Shown: positions 22,960 to 32,390 of the stretch, piece after piece
How the letters are laid out: every line of letters starts with the position of its first letter
Numbering within the stretch: the first letter of the stretch is position 1
Assembly (NCBI GenBank): GCA_013115145.1
Contig: JAAPAO010000361.1
Coordinates: 1-36,409 of the forward strand
DNA: 36,409 nt
Reading direction: 5' to 3'
Source of the DNA: Perkinsus chesapeaki ATCC PRA-425
Lineage: Eukaryota; Protista; Perkinsozoa
Program-made: the position numbers and the translations under genes
Notes under the pieces: generated by a model
Seen by the model: only the letters and a program-made list of their open reading frames with translations
What the model was told of the DNA's origin: nothing
Database searches by the model: none

Positions 22960-23143
22960 TCTTCTACTATCTCTGTTGTACATTGTAAATGTGGTGTTTC
23001 AGGTATATTAAACGTGAACTATCAATACTGTCTCAAAGCCATAATTGACTACTTGGGATTCTCAATACCCAAAGGCATTGCGTTACTACTAAACCTAAAT
23101 CAACCATAATACAGAAAAGCTGCACGGGCACCATGAGTTATGA

Positions 23144-23864
23144 TTATTCCTCCACCACTGGAGCTGCTACCACCACGACGGCAGGCCTCTTCACATTGAA
23201 CCGTTTCCCAGCACTCTCTTGCTTGGCCTTTGGCGGAAGTAGGTCATAGATAGACACCACAGGCGTTGGTCTATCCCAAGGCTTTATGGTGATCACGATC
23301 GGCTGCTGCTCCTTCGGGGGAGCTTTAGGCTTTTCAAAAACCGCTGGTGGGCGCCTTCGTTTCATATATCGCTTATAGAACTCATCTTCGCTGGAGTCGC
23401 TGTCTGTAGAGATCTCTGCGGGAAGCAGCCTTTCCGGCACGGCTTTACGAGAGCGAGATCCTCTTTGAACTGCTGTTGGCACTCTAGCCTCCTTCACAGT
23501 GGGGCCTACAGAGGAGGACATCGTCGTGTCCAAGGGTGCCCTCATCTATCACGGGTACCCTTAACGCCAATGGAGGTCCTTCTTTCGTAGCGTGGAACTG
23601 TCCGTATCGCTGTTGTGGGGGCTGGACGGCCTGCTATGGCTACACCAGAGAGCCGGCCCAACTGAGCAAAAGTACATAAATTAACTTCCACCAAACCAAA
23701 AAACGCATACAAGCCAATTGTTGCGATACTACATTTTTATCGTCACCATCGGCGCCGCGTTTCTTCCTCCCCCCGGGCTTCTTCACTCCTATCCGGGACT
23801 GGCGTGAATCATGCATGCGGGGAGGCATACCTCTGACTAGGAGGGAGGGGGCATAGGATGACAT
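23144..23864 (-). CDS. Hypothetical basic, low-complexity protein
   Basis: Last exon 23144-23545 (...STDSDSSEDEFYKRYMKRRRPP...) and a likely first exon MSSYAPSLLVRG...KKPGGRKKRG followed by a gtatgc donor. The middle splicing is unresolved. Confidence 0.5.
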
Positions 23865-23890
23865 CAAGCCAACAGCCACTGGCAAACGAG

Positions 23891-23900
23891 CAACTGTCAA
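23891..23900 (-). promoter_or_regulatory. TTGACAGTTG motif, copy 2
   Basis: Plus-strand caactgtcaa, 26 nt from the putative ATG at 23864. Confidence 0.45.
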
Positions 23901-23978
23901 GTCGACAAGGAGGGCTCGGAAACGATCATTCGCAAGATATGCAGGAAAATAAACTTATGGTAAATCAGAGCACTACCG

Positions 23979-25244
23979 CTATTGGGGGTTACGGACGACT
24001 CCGACCTTGGCCGCTCGCAAAATCTGATAACGTCGATGATATCGGACGCAGTCTCCCAGGGACGTACTCTGTCATAAATCTTGTAGCCCGGTTGGATGAC
24101 ATGCGCTACTTCACCGGTGTTCTTATCAGCCACGGGAAACTCAAACAGCGCCTGATGAGGGGAGGGTCCACAACAGCTAGGGCGGAGTAGATCACCTCGT
24201 GTTTGTTAGGGTCGAAATTCTGCCCCATTGGATCCTCCTTTTTGATGCCATTATCGGCAAATACCTTCTGCAGAAGAGTGTCGGCTTCATTAACTTTATC
24301 GTATATTGCCGCTAGATCTTTGCATTGAGCACGATCCTCTAAAATGGTCAGAATAAGAGACAAGCTCCCTCAGGGTTGAATGAGTGTTATTGAATTCCTC
24401 TCAGAAACAAAGGCCGGTTCGAACCCATGTAAAAGCATACCAGCTAATTTCAAGAACTGTAGTCAATGCTATTACGACTAATAATCTGCTGATCTTCCAG
24501 ACCTCTTCAACCCGCTCATTCATCGACAAAGGCACCGCAGTTTTATCACAGAGGCCATAATGTCTCCATGTTTGAGGAGGGTATCTTTCCCCGTGCCGCC
24601 TACCTTCGGTGATAGAGGCCTTAGCCCGGTCAATATTATCGGCCACATCCAGCATATCTTTGGCTATCTTTGTTATAGCATACTTGGAAGCGTTCTCCAT
24701 CTACAGCACAGTACGGTAACAGCAACAACTGCTTCCTACGTTCTGGTGGTATCTTTTGGTAGCTTGTGCAGCATCTTGCTTACAGCTTTGTATCTTCTCC
24801 TTGATATCACCGGTCTTCTCGTCAATCTAACTCAACATCCCCCCCAACGAGTTGATCGCGTCCTCCCTACCACGGCGATCTTCTGTTGAATCAGCATTAT
24901 TTTCTCCGCATCCTCAGCCGACACAACCTCCGGCTCCTTCTTAGTGGCTTTGGTGTCCTTTTGAGCTGCTTCGGGAGCCTGTTCGGTCTTGGTTGCATCA
25001 GTGGCGGTCGGCTCTGCGGCAGGCTTATCCCCCTCGGCCTTCTCAGGTTCCCTGGCAACATCAACGAGGTAAGATTATCACTAGAGAGGTACTTTGTCGC
25101 CTCTTCGTTGGCTGAGGATTGAGGAGCTGCCTTCTTGCCAGCCGCCTGGCTGAAGAAGCATCTCTGGCTCATCGCGGCCAAACACGGCGTAACACCACGG
25201 GCCCGAGCGAGAGCAAAAACTTGTTGTAAAGCAGTGCTCGACAT
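23979..25244 (-). CDS. grpE: GrpE nucleotide exchange factor, mitochondrial (Mge1-like), multi-exon
   Basis: Presequence-like start MSSTALQQVFALARARGV...; KYAITKIAKDMLDVADNIDRA; DPMGQNFDPNKHE; VIQPGYKIYDR|ILRAAKVGVVRNPQ*. Confidence 0.9.
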
Positions 25245-25403
25245 TATACGGAACAAAGTCAATCCTATGATACCATCGAGCCCCCGCCCGCCCCCTGACC
25301 ACTAGTAATAAACGCAACACTATCTGATCTCAGCGTCGTGCCCAGCTTGAAGCATAACGTCGTCATTCCCCTGCTATGGTGGAGTGGGTAGTTAAGCTGC
25401 TGC

Positions 25404-26325
25404 TTAATGCTTGGACTTCACAGCCTTCTTCTTGGCAAGCTCAGAGGCCCACTTAGCACGCTGCTCATTGTGGTACTCGGCAAGTCTGACCTGATACTTG
25501 GCGGCCTCCTCACGGGACTGAAGGACCTTCTTGATGGTAGTGTTGCGAATATGCCTCTTGCGCTGAAGGGTCTGAGGGGTGATCAAGCGCTGGATCTTGG
25601 GAGCCTTGTTCTTGCGGCCGGTATCTCTACGAACCACGAACTTGCGGATATCGTCCTCCTTAGTAAGACCGAAGAGCTTGCGGATGTGGTTGGCTCTCTT
25701 AGGTCCGAGACGGCGGGGCCTGCTGTCGTCGGTCAAACCGGCAATCTCAGCCTGAATAAAGATGAAATAATAAACAGCTTAAACGAGTCTACAAAAGGCT
25801 TACATCGCCCTTCTTGACGAGGACAAGGTTGAGGACAGAGAGATCCTGGCCGACAATGCAACCGCGGACGGACTTGCGCTTGCGCTCACCGGCACGGCGA
25901 GAACGATAGCAAGACATACCCTTCTGGAAGAGGAGTCTAACACGACCGTTGGTCTGAAATAAAACACCACTACATATGAGACATTCCCGAGGCAACAGCA
26001 GCATCCGCCATCATGAACGCCCTTAGTACCAAGACACCCTGCTTCATGGGGAAGCCCTGCTTATCGTTACCGCCGGAGATACGGAAAACGTAACCCTCGA
26101 ACTCATCACCGAGAGACTCGCCAGAGACCTCAGCGGACATACCTAACATCAATACGTGAGTCGATATAAGAACCCGAAGTAGCCAGAAGAATAGCAGAGA
26201 AAAAGTCGGTATGAAAAGCGACGAGAATTATTACGCTTATCGAAGAACGGCAAGAGCTTCTTGTCGTCATCGACATCAATGCATTTCTGCAAGCCAGTGC
26301 TGGGGTTTGAGATATTGATCTTCAT
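25404..26325 (-). CDS. RPS6: 40S ribosomal protein S6 (eS6), multi-exon
   Basis: [14 protein letters not shown]; [19 protein letters not shown]; [14 protein letters not shown]; [14 protein letters not shown]; [11 protein letters not shown]. Confidence 0.97.
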
Positions 26326-26480
26326 GGTGGCTGGGCGGGCCGACTATGCTCGAAAGGTGAGAGAGAGGTCTTTATCGATCAAATTCACAGCCCCTAGGGC
26401 GAGCGAGAAATGAAAAACGCGGAGCGAAGCGGCACTTGGGCCGTGACCATGGCAGCTGTACCCTAAGTTGACAGTTGACG
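26326..26480. promoter_or_regulatory. 155-nt divergent spacer shared by RPS6 and NOP56
   Basis: Head-to-head ATGs at 26325 and 26481. The spacer contains the palindrome CCCTAGGG and the TTGACAGTTG motif. Confidence 0.6.
26468..26477 (+). promoter_or_regulatory. TTGACAGTTG motif, copy 3 (upstream of the NOP56 ATG)
   Basis: ttgacagttg ends 3 nt before the ATG at 26481. Confidence 0.5.
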
Positions 26481-28720
26481 ATGAGCACCACCACCATCGA
26501 TCTCTACTTACTGTTGGAGACGGCCTCGGGCTATGCCCTCTTTGTACGTGATCAATATGATGAACTAGGAAATGTCGATGAGAGTGTAGTGCAGACTGAC
26601 AATCTCAAGGACTTTATGAGGTGACGATCTAATCGATTAAGTCGGGGAGGAGGAGGGACTGTTGTTCTATTCCAGCTTGATCAAGCTCCGAGCCTTCCTG
26701 CCATTCACGTCAGCCGAGGTCGCCTTGGCCAATATTAATGCTATCGTTGCTGGTAGGGGGGTATCTTAGGTTGACGCGTGCATCATGGCTGCTCTTCAGG
26801 CGAGTGCACTGATGAGTTGAGGGATTTCTTGTCGATGAATCTTACTCAAAGCAAAAAGAAGAAGAAGGCCGCTCCCTACAAGTTGGGCGTTGCGGACCCC
26901 AAGCTCGGAGATTCTCTCAATGAGCTCGGATTCCCCGTAAGATATTTTCCAGGTCAACTTCGTGACCAAGGGGCATGACCTTAGGTAACATACTCTCAAT
27001 CCGTAAGGGATATGCTCCGTGGATGCCGTCAGCACGTTGCTAAGATGGTCAAGATGGATGAGTCTGATCTCGATAAAGCGAGGTGGGGAGAGGAAGGCGG
27101 GCCTCGAAGGACTTCACCGTTCTCGTCATCAGATGTGGTCTGGGCCATGCCTACTCACGTAACAAAATGCAGTTCGACCCCAACCGTCAGGATAAGCCTA
27201 TCATCAATGCCATCGCCATCCTCGATGGTCTTGATAAGAACATCAACACCTTCGCCATGCGCGTGAGGGAATGGTAGGTCTCCGGTGTTGAGTACAGTGG
27301 CCCAGTGGTGACGCAGGTATTCTTGGCACTTCCCTGAGATGGCTAAGATCGTCACCGATAATGAGGTCTTTGCCAAGCTCGCCTGTCTTATCAGACTCAA
27401 GGATGATTTCGATTGGGACAACAGGATGCCCGAGGTACTCTCGGTGCACACCACACAGCACAGCATGCCCTGTTGCTGACAGGTCATCGAGGCGTGTGGT
27501 GGTGATGAAGAGACAGCCAATCAGCTCGAGAAGGCCTGTCGTACCTCTATGGGCCAAGACATTGTTGAGATGGATATGGCCAACATTGAGCACTTCGCTC
27601 AGCAGGTAACACTCCACTCACATCGCCTTTGTTGTATCCTACCTCAGGTCATCTCTCTCTCGGAGATGAGACGTAATCTCACAGACTACCTCCATGGCAA
27701 GATGGATGTCGTTGCCCCCAACTTGGCGACCCTTATCGGCGACACTGTCGGCGCTAGGCTCATTTCCCACGCTGGGTCCCTCACGAATCTGGTATGTATC
27801 GGTCCATTGAGCTCCCTCGGCAGTGATGGCTAGACGCTTGTAGATTCTTGATGCAAATAATAATAAATGAGCAAATACAAAGCTGAGCCAGGGATGCTTC
27901 GAGTGACGATCGCTGATAGAAATATTCCGCGGACAATTGCGCTTTAGACTGGGCGATTTGTTGTAGGCCAAGTACCCCGCCTCCACTGTACAAATCCTTG
28001 GAGCCGAGAAGGCACTTTTCCGTGCTCTCAAGACCAAGGGCAACACCCCTAAGTACGGTCTTATCTACAATAGTAGTTTCATCGGTAAGGCTAACCAGAA
28101 GAACAAGGGCCGGATATCCAGGTGGGATGGAAATGACTCTTTAAGGGAGGCTGGGGGGGATTCTTAAGTGTATCAGATATCTCGCCAACAAGTGCTCTCT
28201 GGCATCTCGTATCGATTGTTTCTCGGACCAACCGGCTGGAGCTGAATCGTAGGGTGGAGGGCACCGTGGTGTTCGGGGGCATGGACAATGTGCATCAGGT
28301 GCACTGTCTTCGGTGAGAAGATGCGCGATCAAGTTGAGGAGAGACTGAGGTATCTCACAACCGAGGGTGTTAAACCCAAGAGGAACGTCGATGTAGGCAA
28401 ATGGGGTCAGGGGGAATCTGAGGTTGAAGGATGCATTATAGGTTATGAGGGAGGCTATGAAGGAGGTCGAGGAGATCCAAGAGAACCAGAAGGAGGCTGC
28501 TGAGGAGGTCGCTGCTGAGGAGAAGAAAAAGAAAAAGAAGGAAAAGAAGGAGAAAAAGCGCAAGCACGTTGAGGTAGAGGAGGAGGAAGAGGCCGCCCCT
28601 GAAGTTGAGGAAGAGGTAAGAATATCTCTTGCGGTTGCTGATATGGTTGGAATTAATAATGTTCAGGAGGCCCCTAAGAAGAAGCATAAGCATAAGAAGT
28701 CTAAGAAGTCTTCCGAGTAG
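26481..28720 (+). CDS. NOP56: Nucleolar protein 56 (box C/D snoRNP core), multi-exon
   Basis: [12 protein letters not shown]; GLGHAYSR; [15 protein letters not shown]; [22 protein letters not shown]; [22 protein letters not shown]; KKE-rich tail. The [11 protein letters not shown] and YLANK motifs favour NOP56 over NOP58. Confidence 0.93.
27818..27889 (+). ncRNA. Candidate intronic box C/D snoRNA
   Basis: Lies inside a 175-nt NOP56 intron. C-like GTGATGG (27823-27829), D box CTGA (27883-27886) and a 3-bp GGC/GCC terminal stem. No rRNA target identified. Confidence 0.3.
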
Positions 28721-29040
28721 ATTACCCTTCTTCTTCTTCGGAGCTTGGTGATGATGCTGCCGCTGCTGCTGGTGTCGGAGTCTTACCAACGTCAAGATTG
28801 ATTATACGGTCAAGTCGTGATCGTTACTTCCTCCTCTCATCCATCGTCATCATCATCTTCATCACGTTAACTGTTACTCTTCTATAATAAATCAGAGCCG
28901 TTCTTTGCTGGTATACTGCTGATACTGTTTCCAACCTTGAGCGCTTCCGATTAACCATCGCCTCCTACTTGAGTTGAGACTAGTTACAAAGGGTAGTTAT
29001 CAGAACATATTACAGAGGCATCGAGCCATCTGGATGGGCC

Positions 29041-29988
29041 ATGAGAATCTTCTGTTTGATCGTACTTCTTTTGATCCTTGCAAGTGCATCTGCGGCGCCC
29101 ACTGCCGAACAAGAGGTCGGCCAGGTACAGCTGTTGTTAATGATGCGGTGAGGTTTATCCTCCCTCTAGGACCCCTCGGAGCTATTTCTGGTGTGTCGCC
29201 GCCCTTACCGTCCAGGAACGGTTCTTGCTGCACGAACGTGGTCAGGGAAGGTCTGTCGAGGAGAGGGAATCTTGAAGGCGAGGGCCATGTGCCACTCGAG
29301 AGGGCTATGGCATAGAAGTGTCCACATTTGGCTTTACCATCCAGAGAGAAGTAATAGTAACATGAGAACGATGAGCGAAAAACCATGGCTCAGACGAGGT
29401 TCTCTTGCAGCGTCGCAGCCTCTTCAAGGACACCAACCCCGGTCGATGGGATGTCACCGTTGGGGGCCATGTTACCGGCAATGATGATGTAGAACTCATC
29501 GGAGACCGTCGCTGCGCTGACGTTGCGGAGCAGGTTTTGAACTCAGCGATTCGGGAAGTCGGTGAGGAGATCGGTCTGCCACTGATGCCCTCGGATCTTG
29601 AAGAGATCGGAATCGTCGCAACCGAGAGTCGTGGGCCCGGATATACCGACCGGGAGTAGACACCAATGGCCCTTCCTCAACAAAATCCCCCCGCATCAGA
29701 TTCAAGCATATAGCGATCCACCCCTGGCGAGGGGATCCTGGCGAGCTGTCCGTCGATCCGGCTGAGGTGACTGAGGTCAAGTGGATGCCTTGGACCGAGG
29801 TTTACAATGGTCTTGTGATGGGAGACCGCCGACTTGTGAAATTCGACCAGGCTTATGTGTCTTTGCTGAACCAAGCATTAATAGAGAAGTTCTTTCCTTT
29901 CCCCTACCTCTACCGACTTGCGTTGTGTAGTTCCGGTGAGTACACCAAGTTCATTCGTTACTTCCCTCAAGGGGGTTGGTTTTTGTGA
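29041..29988 (+). CDS. Nudix hydrolase (IDI-like/plant NUDT3-like clade) with predicted N-terminal signal peptide, multi-exon
   Basis: MRIFCLIVLLLILASASA|APT; CHSRGLWHRSVHIWLY; LQRRSLFKDTNPGRWDVTVGGHV; Nudix box GHVTGNDDVLNSAIREVGEEIG after removing one intron; EVTEVKWM. Confidence 0.8.
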
Positions 29989-31538
29989 TGGTTGATTCGG
30001 GAAAGACCAGCGCGTGGGCTGGCGGAGCGAAAGGAACAGTGAAGCGTTCAAGGATTTGGCTAACGAAGCGAAACCGAGAGGCCGGCTCGAAGAGAGTAAA
30101 CAACTACCGAGGCTTCCATAAGATACATACTGGCATCTACGGCCAGAAGGTGGTGCTGACTCACAGCTCGGCTATGGACGCCTTAGGCAGGTTAAGACAT
30201 GCTTCTTGGTGAAGCGAGGTAGCCCTTGTCGGAGGATGGTCATAAAGCAGTATTCGAGGGCCACGATGGCACGGCAGCGACTGCCTGTTTACGGCAAGAG
30301 AGGGTACGATCCTACTAGACGGACTGGCTCCAGTGTTAGGGGATTAGGTCAGTCACACTGGTAACGGGAACTACTCTGATCGAGGATGAGATACGTATCT
30401 TAGAGAGGATAAGACATAAGGGAGTGCCCCACGTGGTGAGCTGATGGGTTGTTCAAAGGTCTCTGGTTCGATTCCCCCATCTGTCGTAGGTGCATTTACA
30501 TGAGATACTTTCCTCTCCTACCGAGGATCACATTATCCTGGCCTTCGAATATGGCGGCAGCCAAATCATGCAGTACGCTTACGGTCGGCCTCTTGACTAT
30601 GTCGCCTCCAGCAGCAGCACACCTTGCAACCTCTCTGGTTGGTCTTTCACTTCGGCTCACGGGCCCATCCTCCTGTTCAGGAGAATTTTCCCCCGTCGTT
30701 TACGATGCAGAAAAGGCTCTTGCCCCCGAGCTACTTCGGCAGCTCCTCTCAGCTGTCTCTAAGCTCCACTCAAGTACTGCCTTTATTCTCCGCCCTGCTA
30801 TTCGTATTCGTTCAGTTGGTATAGTCCACAAGGATATCAAACCCGACAACATCCTCATAAAGGGGCCGGACTGGTCCTGGGGGCTCAAAGACCTCAATAA
30901 TACCACACCTGACGGCGGAGAGTACGCCTTAGCTGCTCCATCGTTACATTATCCTTCTATTGTGTAGCACTCCCTCCTATGCCTCCATGCCAAGCCTGAC
31001 CCTATGCGACTTCAACTCGGCCGTTCAAAAAGAGGATCCTGCCGATATGGAGATCTATGACGCCTTGGGCACCACTGCTTTCTCCCCACCGGAGGTTTTC
31101 TTCGGCAAAGGTCTTCCGGCACCTTTGGTCTATCTATCATCGTGTTCATGTCAGATCCGGTAACAGGGGGAGTGTGCGGGAAGGCGAGGGATGTCTGGAG
31201 CATCGGAGTCACGTTCTTTACGATGATAACGGGTGAGTTGTAAGCATTGATGGTTTTGGTACCGCTGAAGGCTTTAGGGAAGCTTCCATGGCGGCCGTCC
31301 CAAGCTGAGGGAAGCCCAAGCGGCAATCTCTCATTACAGTTGGCGATACTGAATGATCCCCTCAAGCTACCTGACGACTGCCCCCAAGTACCGCAAAGGC
31401 TCCATGCTTAATCGGCTTACCGACTAGGGTACTCATTATTTTCAGGCCGCCCTGGAGCTCCTAAAAGTCCTCCTCACGAAGGACCCCAAGAGTCGAATTA
31501 CCACTGCAGACGCTTTATCACATCAGTTCCTCATTTGA
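29988..31538 (+). CDS. CaMKK/SnAK-like Ser/Thr protein kinase, multi-exon
   Basis: VNNYRGFHKIHTGIYG; MVIKQYSR; EDEIRILERIRH; HLHEILSSPTEDHIILAFEY; IVHKDIKPDNILI; CDFNSA; GTTAFSPPE; DVWSIGVT; LLTKDPKSRITTADALSHQF. Confidence 0.82.
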
Positions 31539-31549
31539 ACCCCCCCCCA

Positions 31550-31966
31550 TCAGTTGTGTTGGTAAATCATAAGCGCGCGAACACACGTTAGGTGGCTGGT
31601 AGACATGTCCGCTGGCCCTCTCCCGCTGTCGGGCCTCACCGGTGTGAGCTCAGTTTTGGAAAAATATTCTTCCCTTGCGGACATATGCAAGCTCCCTATT
31701 GTAGCATTCAGCAACGATAGCAGTCTCTCGTTCAGTGTGATCGGCATCAGGCGAAAAAGCTTCCGAATTTGTGGAAGCATTGCATCCTGGTGGACTGGAT
31801 CGGCCCTCCGACACATGCAGACATGGACAGACCGTAACACCAAGATCCTTGGATGTTTTAACAGACAAGGAGCAGGTATCCGGAAGGGACGCTCGGTGCC
31901 GTGTACAATACAAAATACGGTGAAGCTGGATTCACGTAGTCGCATCTGCGTCAGTGAACTTGGCAT
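31550..31966 (-). CDS. Possible hypothetical protein (3' part of an unresolved gene)
   Basis: A 138-codon open frame with plausible composition. An overlapping plus-strand ORF also exists, and no consistent gene model could be built. Confidence 0.25.
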   Translation of the reverse strand: MPSSLTQMRLRESSFTVFCIVHGTERPFRIPAPCLLKHPRILVLRSVHVCMCRRADPVHQDAMLPQIRKLFRLMPITLNERLLSLLNATIGSLHMSAREEYFSKTELTPVRPDSGRGPADMSTSHLTCVRALMIYQHN

Positions 31967-32390
31967 TGTCTTGTCCCAGGGCGCGCGGATACTTCCCTAA
32001 ACCTTTATGGAACTCTCCAAGTACACGGTTGTGGGTCAGGGAGCATGCGATGGATTGGCTAGGGATGCAACCCGACGAGCCTAATCATCACGGACCATTG
32101 CAGCGTAATCTACTCTGGCCCTTCCCTTCGTAGATGCATTCCAGGTTACGATACCTCCCCACATCATATTGTCACCGGGTTCGTAGCAAGCTCACATATA
32201 CGTAAGGGCCAATGGTGTATGCACTCATAGTGAGATGCCTCTATCAGCTATTGTGAATGATCATCATCTCGCGGCCACACTGCATGCCTGCCTCTAGCAC
32301 GTATCTCCCCCATGTGGAGCTTGTTGCGTTCTTCATGTCAAGTTCGCTTCGATCAGATAGCAAATTATGCAACGCTACAGCTTATTATTA

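Noticed and set aside
25407-25817. 136-aa antisense ORF over RPS6
   Set aside because: Same codon-bias shadow over a highly expressed gene.
28513-28710. Purine-rich GAG/AAG repeats
   Set aside because: They encode the normal KKE-rich NOP56 tail and are not an independent repeat.
26481-28720. NOP58 as an alternative identity
   Set aside because: The diagnostic segments ([25 protein letters not shown]) match NOP56.
28721-28958. Minus-strand frame MVNRKRSRLE...RRK*RSRLDRII...SSEEEEG* ending next to the NOP56 stop
   Set aside because: It has an internal TAA and no splice solution removes it. Readthrough or a pseudogene cannot be supported.
29041-29988. Calling the Nudix gene an isopentenyl-diphosphate isomerase (idi)
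   Set aside because: The catalytic Cys motif is absent and an intact Nudix REUXEE box is present.
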